Below are positions 49,303 to 57,826 of a stretch of 64,000 nt of DNA, in pieces. The notes beneath the pieces are model-generated. The model worked only from the letters and a program-made list of their open reading frames with translations, searched no databases and had not been told where the DNA came from. Made by a program: the position numbers and the translations under genes. Position 1 is the first letter of the stretch; every line of letters starts with the position of its first letter. The stretch spans positions 43,744-107,743 of the forward strand of contig JAFGJV010000039.1 of assembly GCA_016928955.1 (NCBI GenBank). The letters run 5' to 3'. The stretch is from Spirochaetales bacterium (GTDB lineage Bacteria > Spirochaetota > Spirochaetia > Treponematales > UBA12059).

Positions 49303-49346
49303 ATACCCCCTGGGGGTATAATACTAAGGCTGTGGACGCCGGTCAA
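49303..49346 (-). promoter_or_regulatory. copA promoter and CsoR operator
   Basis: Minus-strand TTGACC-17nt-TATTAT; palindrome ATACCCCCTGGGGGTAT (49303-49319), a C/G-tract CsoR-type site. Confidence 0.85.
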
Positions 49347-49379
49347 GAACGCAAAACCCCCGACGCTGCCTGTTCCTGC

Positions 49380-49437
49380 TTGCCTTCTTGGCGCACTCAT
49401 ACGTATTATCTGATGAATAAGACCTTATTGGTCTTTT
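49380..49437 (+). promoter_or_regulatory. rrf2-cysK promoter with candidate Rrf2 operator
   Basis: TTGCCT-18nt-TATTAT followed by AAGACC-TTATT-GGTCTT (49419-49435). Confidence 0.6.
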
Positions 49438-49512
49438 GAAAGTCGTTAGTAGCACATCCATGGTGGGCGGCATTCGCGCGGGAAAGGCGGCCACCGTTTT
49501 TGAGGAGCCGGC

Positions 49513-49935
49513 ATGAAGATAAGCACACGATCCCGGTACGGCCTCCGCCTGCTTGCGGAACTGGCCAGAAGGGGCGGCGTCCAAACCCAGGTAGCGGAAC
49601 TGGCGGCGGCCCAGGACATACCGCCCGCCTATGCCGCCAAGCTGGTCGACCCTTTGAGGGCGGCCGGCCTGGTCAGAAGCGCCCGTGGCCTTGGCGGGGG
49701 CATCAGCCTGAGCCGGCGCGCGGCCGACATACGCGTGCTAGAGGCCGTGGAAGCCCTCGAGGGCGACCTCAGCCTGGTCGACTGCCTGACCAATGGAGCC
49801 GACCGCGACTGCCTGGTCAACTGCCCCACGCACAGGCTGTGGGAGGATCTTGAAAACCTGATCAAAGGCTTTCTGGCTGAGCAGAGCCTGCAAGACCTGG
49901 CCGTCAAGGAAAGCCCTGTGGACTATTGCATCTGA
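49513..49935 (+). CDS. Rrf2 family regulator (CymR/IscR-like)
   Basis: MKISTRSRYGLR, SARGLGGG, C-x8-C-x3-C-x2-H. Confidence 0.9.
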   Translation: MKISTRSRYGLRLLAELARRGGVQTQVAELAAAQDIPPAYAAKLVDPLRAAGLVRSARGLGGGISLSRRAADIRVLEAVEALEGDLSLVDCLTNGADRDCLVNCPTHRLWEDLENLIKGFLAEQSLQDLAVKESPVDYCI

Positions 49936-49989
49936 GGCCGCCGCCGCGCCAGGCGCGCGCGGCAGTCCCTCAGTGGTGAAAGGAAGACC

Positions 49990-50910
49990 ATGATTTTCGA
50001 CAGCGTTACCCAACTGATAGGCCGCACGCCCTTGGTCCGGCTGGGCGCAATGAACGACACGAAAGCCACCATCCTGCTCAAGCTGGAGTCCATGAACCCC
50101 TTTTCCAGCGTCAAGGACAGGATAGGCCTGGCCATGATCGACGACGCCGAACGGCGGGGGCTCTTAAAGCCCGGCTCGGTCATCGTGGAGCCGACCAGCG
50201 GAAACACCGGCATAGCCTTGGCCGCCGTGGCCGCGTCCAGGGGGTACAGGATCATCCTTACCATGCCCGACACCATGAGCGCCGAACGCAGGGCCGTACT
50301 CAAGGCATACGGGGCGGAGCTGGTCCTGACCGAGGGCGCCAAAGGCATGCGCGGGGCCATAGACAAGGCCGCCGAGCTGGCGCGGGCAACGCCGAATTCC
50401 TTCATGCCCATGCAGTTCGAGAACCAGGCCAATCCCGCGGTTCACAAGCGCACCACGGCCGTGGAAATCTGGGACGACACTGGCGGTTCGGTGGACATAT
50501 TCGTGGCCGGCGTGGGCACGGGCGGCACCCTTGGCGGCACCGGCGCGGCCCTCAAGGAGCGCAAGCCCGGCCTGCGCCTGGTGGCCGTGGAGCCGGACGA
50601 CTCGCCGGTGCTGTCTGGGGGCAAGGCGGCCAGCCACCGCATACAGGGGATCGGCGCCGGGTTTGTGCCGCCCATACTGGACACCAGCCTGATAGACGAA
50701 ATCCTGACCGTCAAGCATCAGGATGCCGGAGAGACTGCCAGGCGCCTGTCCCGGGAAGAGGCCATACTGTCCGGCATATCGTCAGGCGCCAACGTATGGG
50801 CCGCGCTCAAGCTGGCGCGGCGGCCAGAAAACGCCGGATCCACCATCGTCACCATCGTGTGCGACACCGGGGAGCGGTATCTGTCCACCTGGTTGTGGGA
50901 AGACGCCTGA
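49990..50910 (+). CDS. cysK: Cysteine synthase A
   Basis: SVKDR (PLP Lys), [28 protein letters not shown]. Confidence 0.96.
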   Translation: MIFDSVTQLIGRTPLVRLGAMNDTKATILLKLESMNPFSSVKDRIGLAMIDDAERRGLLKPGSVIVEPTSGNTGIALAAVAASRGYRIILTMPDTMSAERRAVLKAYGAELVLTEGAKGMRGAIDKAAELARATPNSFMPMQFENQANPAVHKRTTAVEIWDDTGGSVDIFVAGVGTGGTLGGTGAALKERKPGLRLVAVEPDDSPVLSGGKAASHRIQGIGAGFVPPILDTSLIDEILTVKHQDAGETARRLSREEAILSGISSGANVWAALKLARRPENAGSTIVTIVCDTGERYLSTWLWEDA

Positions 50911-50914
50911 GCGC

Positions 50915-50955
50915 AAAAAAAGGCCGCCCGCTTGTAACACGGGCGGCCGTTCTTT
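50915..50955. terminator. Bidirectional Rho-independent terminator
   Basis: A7-GGCCGCCCG-loop-CGGGCGGCC-GTTCTTT between convergent genes. Confidence 0.8.
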
Positions 50956-51002
50956 ATAACCGCGATGGCTGGCGGCAACGGCGTCGTCGCCAAAACCCTC
51001 TA

Positions 51003-52496
51003 TCAGGGCAGACTGGACATAAGGTCCTTGGCTACCGCTTCCCTTGCCACTTGCATGAGGGCGGCGGAACGCGCCCCCGCTTCGTCCGCGGCCACGGCCA
51101 CAAACACTTTTTCCGTGGCATACAAGACCATGCCTGTGGCCAGGTCCACGCAGGTAACGCTCATGCGCGCGGTGGCCTGCCACATGGAGCCATCCTTGAC
51201 CGCGCCCTCAACCCGGGCCGAGCCAAAAATGAAGCGGGACAGGGCCGGAGAGTACCGGGCTTTTGCCTGCGCGACGATGGCGCTCGTGTTGCCTGACAAG
51301 ACCAAAGCGGGGTCAATGGGAGCGAGTCCCACCTTGAAGCGTTCCTTGGCCATGCTGTCAAACAGGCCCTTTTCCGCAACGCTGGTCGGGCTTGCCGCGC
51401 CGTCAGCGCCCACATCGACCACATACACGCCCGTGGGCACGGTACGCGCGTCGCTCGCTATCACGTAGTCAAAGCTCAAGGTGCGCGTGGACAGGTCCTC
51501 GTCCAGGGCAGTTACGTAACCGTCATACTTGGCCGGAATGCGGTCCATCAGGTCCCGGGTGGAATCCAGGTTCAGCCTGAAGACAAAACTGGCTTTGCCG
51601 ACAAAATTGGGTTCGGGCGGCGCAAAGCTGATGACGCCTTTGGCGTCCGTGAGCCCGCGCTCAGTCCTGGTCAGGATACGGCCGTTGGTGTTGCGGTACT
51701 GGTATACCATGCTGACCTCGGCGCCGGGTATGCCGGGCGCGGCCGAACCTTCTCCGTACACCAGCCTGGCGGAGAATGGTTTGGCGTATGCCTTGCCCAT
51801 GGAAACCGACGTGGGCGAATCCAGGCGCTCAAAGCGGACTTTCCCGAGCACGGTCCGTGCCTTGTTGATGTTGCGTTCCAGCTTGATGTCGGCGTTGTCC
51901 ACGGTGCCGCTGGAAGCCGCCACGGCAGCTTCCACGTAGCTCTTAACGGCGTCGAACACGCGGCCGGATGCGACGGCGGCGTCACCGGCGGCTTCCGGCT
52001 TGGATACGGCGTCCTCCTGCTCTTTGAACAGGGCGGCTATCCTGACCTTCTCCTTGTTGAGGTCCGTTGTCACGTACGAAGCCAGGATGTACAGGGTTAC
52101 GGCCCCGCTTTTTTCCTTGACCTCGGTGCGCTCCTTGATTTGGAACCCTGCTATGCGCCCCGCCGACTCGGCCTTTACGGTCTGGACTATGTCCGCCTGG
52201 TAGGAATCCAGGGACGCCTTGGCCACGGCCGTGCTTTCCGCCGTCACTTTGACGCCCATGTAGGTCATGATGGACGACACGAGGTTGGCGGTGGCGTCAT
52301 CCAGGGCCAGCGACACGTTTCCGTCCTTGACGGCGGCGTGCCCCACAAAATAGGTGTATGTGGAATCGGGCGCCGGCGTCCGGAGGGCCCAGTCCGGCGG
52401 AGCCGACGAACGCGACGCGCCCGTGGATACGCAGGAAGCCAAAGCCAGGACGAGCGCCAGGGCGCCCGCCAACAGCCGAACTTCAGTTTTGTTCAT
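51003..52496 (-). CDS. Lipoprotein with N-terminal LPP20-like domain
   Basis: LALASC lipobox; PPDWA...YFVG...ALDDATANL; GGAGG RBS. Confidence 0.7.
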   Translation of the reverse strand: MNKTEVRLLAGALALVLALASCVSTGASRSSAPPDWALRTPAPDSTYTYFVGHAAVKDGNVSLALDDATANLVSSIMTYMGVKVTAESTAVAKASLDSYQADIVQTVKAESAGRIAGFQIKERTEVKEKSGAVTLYILASYVTTDLNKEKVRIAALFKEQEDAVSKPEAAGDAAVASGRVFDAVKSYVEAAVAASSGTVDNADIKLERNINKARTVLGKVRFERLDSPTSVSMGKAYAKPFSARLVYGEGSAAPGIPGAEVSMVYQYRNTNGRILTRTERGLTDAKGVISFAPPEPNFVGKASFVFRLNLDSTRDLMDRIPAKYDGYVTALDEDLSTRTLSFDYVIASDARTVPTGVYVVDVGADGAASPTSVAEKGLFDSMAKERFKVGLAPIDPALVLSGNTSAIVAQAKARYSPALSRFIFGSARVEGAVKDGSMWQATARMSVTCVDLATGMVLYATEKVFVAVAADEAGARSAALMQVAREAVAKDLMSSLP

Positions 52497-52540
52497 GGTG
52501 TACCTCCACTGGCTTGGGAGCGTGGCACGAAATGCCGGAA

Positions 52541-52584
52541 AGCGCCTCAAACGGCGGCCAGCGTCAGCCGCCGTTTGAGGCGCT
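52541..52584. terminator. Intra-operon 18-bp perfect hairpin
   Basis: AGCGCCTCAAACGGCGGC-8nt-GCCGCCGTTTGAGGCGCT, short U tract on the minus strand. Confidence 0.6.
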
Positions 52585-52695
52585 CTTGCTCGCGACGCCA
52601 CGGCCGGGGCCACGGGGGCCGCGGCAAGGCGTCACGATGTGCGCACGACAGTGTCCTTCCAGAACCGGAGGAACCGGAAGGACACCGCGGAATTC

Positions 52696-53361
52696 TTAGA
52701 AACCTTCGTAGAAAGCGTTCTGGACGGCCTCTATGGCGCGTTCCTTCTCGGGAGTCTTGGGCTCGTCGGCCGCCGCGCCCTTGAGGATCATGTCCAGCTG
52801 CTGGGTGAGCATATCCTTGTCTATGGTCCACAGCTGGATGACGCGGTAGGTCCTGGTGTCGGGCTTGCCCTCCGGGGTATAGGTCTGGAGATAGGTCCAC
52901 CAGGAGTCTTCCATCATGAAGCCTGAGAACTTGGTCTCGGACGCTATCTTGACCACGCGCTCCATGTAGGTCTCGATCTTGTCCTTGTCGCCAACCTGGG
53001 CGCCGGCAAAGGTATCCTTGACGCGGACGCCCATCAGGGTGGATATGCGGGTAATGGCGTCAAGCCTGGCGGCTGCCAGCTCGGCTCCCTCGCGCGAGTC
53101 GCCGTCCTGCTCCACGATGACCACGAACTTGCCCTGGTAGTCGGGCATCTTCTCCACGTACTTGTATCCCTTGAGGGCTTCCATCAGCCACTGCGGAGGA
53201 TTGGCTCCCCAGGCCGTGCCGCGATGCTCCAGGATCTTGGGAGGATAGGCCACGGTCATGTCGCGGCCAACGGGGTCGTCTTTGGGCTCAGGCTCGCTCA
53301 CGCAGGACGCGACGGCGACCACGGCCAACGCCACCATCAGGATACCGATAAATTTCTTCAC
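52696..53361 (-). CDS. Lipoprotein, LPP20-like
   Basis: GTG after AAGGAGG; AVASC lipobox; PPQWL...AELAAARLDA. Confidence 0.7.
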   Translation of the reverse strand: MKKFIGILMVALAVVAVASCVSEPEPKDDPVGRDMTVAYPPKILEHRGTAWGANPPQWLMEALKGYKYVEKMPDYQGKFVVIVEQDGDSREGAELAAARLDAITRISTLMGVRVKDTFAGAQVGDKDKIETYMERVVKIASETKFSGFMMEDSWWTYLQTYTPEGKPDTRTYRVIQLWTIDKDMLTQQLDMILKGAAADEPKTPEKERAIEAVQNAFYEGF

Positions 53362-53468
53362 GACAACCTCCTTGCAGGTCTTACCACTTTCATGTCCGGC
53401 CGCGTCGAGCGCCGGCTACTCTTGTATGTCGAACGCGCGCCTCAATCCAGCCGCGCGTGCGCATCCCC

Positions 53469-54539
53469 TCACAAGCCGCTGTTGAACGTAAACGCCTTGC
53501 CCCTGCTGAACACCAGGTAGATATCAGGCATGCCGGCGCGGTCGGCCGCGTCGTATATGGCGTCCTCTACCTTGTCCGAGGTTTTGAACGTGTACAGGTA
53601 CAGCCGCGTCTCGGCGGCAGAATAGGACGCCTGCTCCACTTCGCGCACCGACTTGGCCAGGGCCCTCCTGAGGGAGCTTACGGCCCGGGAATCGGGCGTG
53701 TTCTGGATGACCACCTCGTAGCGTATGCCGCGTGACAGGGCGCCCTTGATCAAGGACTTGGACTGGTCGATCAGCCGGGGCATGATGGCCGACACGGACT
53801 GCATGACTGTGTTGTTGACGGCATCCTGGCTGGAATACGGGCTCATGCCCTGCGGGCTCTGGTACGATATGCTGCCCAGAAGCTGGGCCGTGGACGTGTC
53901 GTAGAATTTCATGGCGCCCTGGACCGTGGCGTAGTGCCTGGTTTCCTTGGCGCTGGTCGCCACCGTAAAGGCTATCTCCACGTACACGTCCGCGTTGTTT
54001 TTCTGCGCTATGTACTGGATCAGGTCTATGGATCCGCCGGTTTCGGCCTGGTAGGCGGCCAGCTGGTCCTTCTTGTTGCGCTCTATCTGGTCAAAATCGA
54101 CGACGTTGAGGCCGAGTTTCTGGATCAGGTACGCGTTAGCCTGGCTCACGGCCACTTTGGCCGTCTGGGGATCCAGCCCGGTTTCCGTGTCGTAGTACAC
54201 CATGTACTGCAGACGCGCCAGATAGTTGCTGAGGAGGGCTTCCTCTTCCGGCGTGAGGACTCCCGGTGCCGGCGGCGGCACATCGGTGGCGCTGTCGCCC
54301 GAGACGGCGGCTGGGTCGGACTCGTCCGTGTCTCCTGATTCGGTGGTTCCCGAGGAAGTGCCGCCCGTGGACGGGGTCCCCTGAACCAGGGCCACGGCTC
54401 TGTCCTTGTACGCCTGGTTGGTATCGTCCGACTGGTCCGATTCGGCTGTCTGACCCGAGCTGGAAGCGGGTTCGGGCTGGCTGACGCAAGACGACAACAA
54501 GGCCGCGGCCGCGACCACGGCGAAAAGTGTTCTGTTCAT
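53469..54539 (-). CDS. Lipoprotein with acidic Ser/Thr linker and CsgG/FlgT-like alpha/beta domain
   Basis: LLSSC lipobox; GLNVVDFDQIE, ADVYVEI, MKFYDTSTAQLLGS pattern; fold inferred. Confidence 0.6.
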   Translation of the reverse strand: MNRTLFAVVAAAALLSSCVSQPEPASSSGQTAESDQSDDTNQAYKDRAVALVQGTPSTGGTSSGTTESGDTDESDPAAVSGDSATDVPPPAPGVLTPEEEALLSNYLARLQYMVYYDTETGLDPQTAKVAVSQANAYLIQKLGLNVVDFDQIERNKKDQLAAYQAETGGSIDLIQYIAQKNNADVYVEIAFTVATSAKETRHYATVQGAMKFYDTSTAQLLGSISYQSPQGMSPYSSQDAVNNTVMQSVSAIMPRLIDQSKSLIKGALSRGIRYEVVIQNTPDSRAVSSLRRALAKSVREVEQASYSAAETRLYLYTFKTSDKVEDAIYDAADRAGMPDIYLVFSRGKAFTFNSGL

Positions 54540-54662
54540 CGAGGTCCTTCCTGTATTACGGAATGCAACTATAGCGCGCAGGTTACAGGAAAACAAATCC
54601 AAGCGGCGACAAAGGCCGCGGTATCACAATCAGGGAGCGTACAGCGCGCCGTTTCAGCCTTT

Positions 54663-54703
54663 GGGGTAGCTCTAAAAAACCCCGTGGTTAGTAGAGGCGC
54701 CCT
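54663..54703. repeat. Degenerate palindromic repeat, type A
   Basis: GGGGTAGCTCTAAAAAACCCCGTGGTTAGTAGAGGCGCCCT. Confidence 0.5.
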
Positions 54704-54707
54704 TAGG

Positions 54708-56576
54708 TCACTCGGTTCCCGCTGCCGGGATGTCCACATATCTTACCAGGAGGGAGTCTATCAGCGCCGAGCCAAGCGCGCCAAAGCGCAGGGCCGCGCC
54801 CGACAGGTCCGGCGTGGCTATCCACGGACCCTTGACGGACAAGCCGACCCGTCCGGCCGGATCCACGACCAACGCGTCAAAGGCGCCTGATTCCGTCGGC
54901 AGGCGGCCAAGACTCTCCTTGCCGTGGCTGGCCAGGCCATCGGAGCGGATGCTGACCACGGTTCCGTCCGGAAGGGCAAAGTCCGCTGTCCAGACGCCCC
55001 GGACCGTTCCCAGGCGCACCTCGACCGGCCCGCCGGACAGGGGCGATCCCGCAACAGCAAGGCCGTCGGCTTGGCCTAGACGCGCAAGACCGCCTTTGAC
55101 AACCACGTTTCCGAGCGCGCCAAGGCCCGGCCCCGGCTCGGCCGTCTCAAAACCGGAAGCGACAACCAGGCGCCTTCCGTACTCCGCCATGGCGCTGATG
55201 AGATACGCGGGAAACGGCCCCTCAAGCACGGCAAGATCCATGACCACCAGGGGTGCGTCGGCTTCAAGCACGGCCTCCGAGCTGCGCAAACGCAGGCCCG
55301 GTTCCACGCCCAGGCTGACCTCAGGGGCGCCGGTACCGTTGACGGCAAACGACACGGACAGGGAATCGCCGTCCTGCCGCAGGGTCCAGGCAAGCACGCC
55401 GCCGGCCGCGGGCACCGGCAAGGACGACACCAGCTCCCGGCCGTATACCCGGAGCCACTGGCGGCCTTCCCTTACCCCGAGCTCGAGCGTCGCCTCCCCG
55501 CTTTCCGCCCTGCCGCTGACCAGCACGGCGTCCAGCTCAGCAAAATCGCGGCCCGGCAGGCTTCCCACGCGTATGGCTATGGACGTGTGAAGCCCAGAAG
55601 CAAGGGCCAGGGCGGAGGCCGGAAGGGCAACGTCGTCGCCAAGGACCATGCCAAAGTCGTTGCCGGAGGATTCAGGATAGGCCCGGGACGCCAGGCGCAC
55701 GGACGGCTCGGGATCGCTCCCGCCCAGGTACAGAGCCGCGCCCTTGAAGGAATAGCGCCAGCGAACGGGGAGGGGCACCTGCCCCACCAGATCGGCTCCG
55801 TCTACGCGGACTGGAATTTCCACTGAAACGCTAGCCGGAGCGACCAGCCTGAAGCCGTCCGGGGGGCGCTCGGGATACAGATGGACGGATACTTCGTATA
55901 TACCGCTCATCAGGGGCGCTTCCCAGGACAGGCGGTCCAGACGCGCTTCGTCGGCGTAGCCTTCCAGGACCGGCAACCCGTCTACGTCCCAGCGTATCCA
56001 GGGACGCGACCAGCGGGTGTTCGCCCGTCCCAGCTTGACCAAAACCGGATCACCCTCGGCCACAGCGGACGGATATACGCTGAGCGCCAACTCGGGCGGC
56101 GGCCCCTCGAGCACCAGGAGCACGCGGGTTATGTCGAACAGCCGGGTGCCGGCGTCGTCATAACCGGATACTTGCAGGAAATAATAGCCGGGCTCAAGGC
56201 CAGAAGGCAGGATGACGGGGGACAACTCGGACAGAAGGTCGTCCAGGGCCAAAGCCTGGTCGTTGCCCCGGTAGGATCCGTCCACAAAGCGCAGGGAACC
56301 TCGTACATGGCCGGCCGTATCGGAGAGCAGTATGTCCAAAGCGGCTGGATCCGGAGCGCCTGGCCGCGCGTCCAGGGCAAGATCCAGGGGCTTGCCTAGC
56401 GCCACCGCCATGCCGTCGCGGATATCCTGGCGGCCCTGCGACAGATCCACCTGGTACATCTTGCCGAGCTCCTCGCTGTTCCACAGGTCGGCGCTCATGT
56501 CGCAGGCCGACAGGGCGAGGAAAAACAGCGCTGCAACCGCGGGCAAGGCGCGGCCGGGGATCCGGTACCGAGGCAT
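54708..56576 (-). CDS. Hypothetical beta-rich lipoprotein
   Basis: ALSAC lipobox; Ig-like segments (LEPGYYFLQV, SGIYEVSV). Confidence 0.65.
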   Translation of the reverse strand: MPRYRIPGRALPAVAALFFLALSACDMSADLWNSEELGKMYQVDLSQGRQDIRDGMAVALGKPLDLALDARPGAPDPAALDILLSDTAGHVRGSLRFVDGSYRGNDQALALDDLLSELSPVILPSGLEPGYYFLQVSGYDDAGTRLFDITRVLLVLEGPPPELALSVYPSAVAEGDPVLVKLGRANTRWSRPWIRWDVDGLPVLEGYADEARLDRLSWEAPLMSGIYEVSVHLYPERPPDGFRLVAPASVSVEIPVRVDGADLVGQVPLPVRWRYSFKGAALYLGGSDPEPSVRLASRAYPESSGNDFGMVLGDDVALPASALALASGLHTSIAIRVGSLPGRDFAELDAVLVSGRAESGEATLELGVREGRQWLRVYGRELVSSLPVPAAGGVLAWTLRQDGDSLSVSFAVNGTGAPEVSLGVEPGLRLRSSEAVLEADAPLVVMDLAVLEGPFPAYLISAMAEYGRRLVVASGFETAEPGPGLGALGNVVVKGGLARLGQADGLAVAGSPLSGGPVEVRLGTVRGVWTADFALPDGTVVSIRSDGLASHGKESLGRLPTESGAFDALVVDPAGRVGLSVKGPWIATPDLSGAALRFGALGSALIDSLLVRYVDIPAAGTE

Positions 56577-56646
56577 CAGTACAAGTATACCACCACAGCG
56601 CCGCTATTCCCAACGCAAAGAGGGCGGCGAAAAAAACGGCCGGACC

Positions 56647-57825
56647 TCAGTCCAGGTCCAGGAACGCTATGCCGCCCTCAATGGACAAAGCCGTGCCCAG
56701 GGGCTTGGACCTGGCCGCCAGCTTGTCCAGTATGGCCCTGCCGTCCTTGCCCACGGCAATGGCCGGAGCGTACAGCCGGCGGGCTATGCGCACGGGTATG
56801 GCCTCCAGCCTGCGTATCCTGCCTTTGTCCAGGTAAAAACGGAAGGCTGCCGTCTCGTAGGTTTCATCCTCGGCCATGTCGAACACGAAATTCCCCAGCG
56901 AATACAGGATGAGACCGTTCTGGTAATGCTCCACGCCCTGCAGTACGTGGGGATGGTGACCGAGCACGGCCGTTGCGCCCGCGTCTATGGCGGCGCGGCC
57001 GAACGTTTTCTGGAAAGCGCGGGGAAAGGGCTGGTACTCGTCGCCCCAATGGACAGAGACAAAGAGGTACTCCGGCTTGGCCGTGGCCAGAACGCGCCGC
57101 ACGTCCGCCTGCATGGACTTCACGTAGGCCGGGGCGAGCCCGGCCAGGCTGGACGACGCCCTATCCGGATCCCTACTGGTCCACAAAGGTTCCTGCCCGG
57201 TCATTCGGGTTTCTACCCGGGTAAGCACGCGCGCCCGGGCCCCGCTCCTGGCCACAGTGGCGCTCCACACGGGCTCGGCGTAGGACAGTACGGCCACCAG
57301 CTGGCCGTCTACTTCTATCAGAGCCGGCTGGCTGGCTTCTTCCAGGTCCCTGCCCGCACCCGCCCTGGCTATGCCAGCGGCGTCCAAATGCTCCAGCGTG
57401 TCCGCCAAGGCCCGCGGGCCGTGGTCGTTCATGTGGTTGTTGGCCAGGGATACAACGTCAAAGCCCGCCCAGGCCACGCCGTCCAGCGTGTCGGGATCCG
57501 CCCTGAAGGTGATCCCCGGCGGCTTGCCCGGATAGGGCTTGCCCCTTTCGGAAATAGGCGTCTCGAGATTGGCAAAGGCTATATCTGCCCCGCTTACCAG
57601 GCCACGGACATGTTCCAGCAGGGGCCGGGACCCGATTTCCGCCGCCCTTCTGCCCGGACCGCGGGCCAACAAAACGTCCCCGCAGGCCAGAAAGCTCAGC
57701 TCCCGCGGCGCCGGCGGCAACTGCCTGGCTGTTTTTTCCTCTTGGACCAATCCGCACGACGAGAGCGTGACGGCCGCTGTTAATGACAGGACGGCCACCA
57801 CCTTGAACAGCGAACGGGCGCCCAT
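56647..57825 (-). CDS. CapA family metallophosphoesterase-like lipoprotein
   Basis: CGDVLL, NLETP, SLANNHMND, SVHWG, GHHPH, YSLGNFVF; TLSSC lipobox. Confidence 0.9.
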   Translation of the reverse strand: MGARSLFKVVAVLSLTAAVTLSSCGLVQEEKTARQLPPAPRELSFLACGDVLLARGPGRRAAEIGSRPLLEHVRGLVSGADIAFANLETPISERGKPYPGKPPGITFRADPDTLDGVAWAGFDVVSLANNHMNDHGPRALADTLEHLDAAGIARAGAGRDLEEASQPALIEVDGQLVAVLSYAEPVWSATVARSGARARVLTRVETRMTGQEPLWTSRDPDRASSSLAGLAPAYVKSMQADVRRVLATAKPEYLFVSVHWGDEYQPFPRAFQKTFGRAAIDAGATAVLGHHPHVLQGVEHYQNGLILYSLGNFVFDMAEDETYETAAFRFYLDKGRIRRLEAIPVRIARRLYAPAIAVGKDGRAILDKLAARSKPLGTALSIEGGIAFLDLD

Positions 57826-57826
57826 G

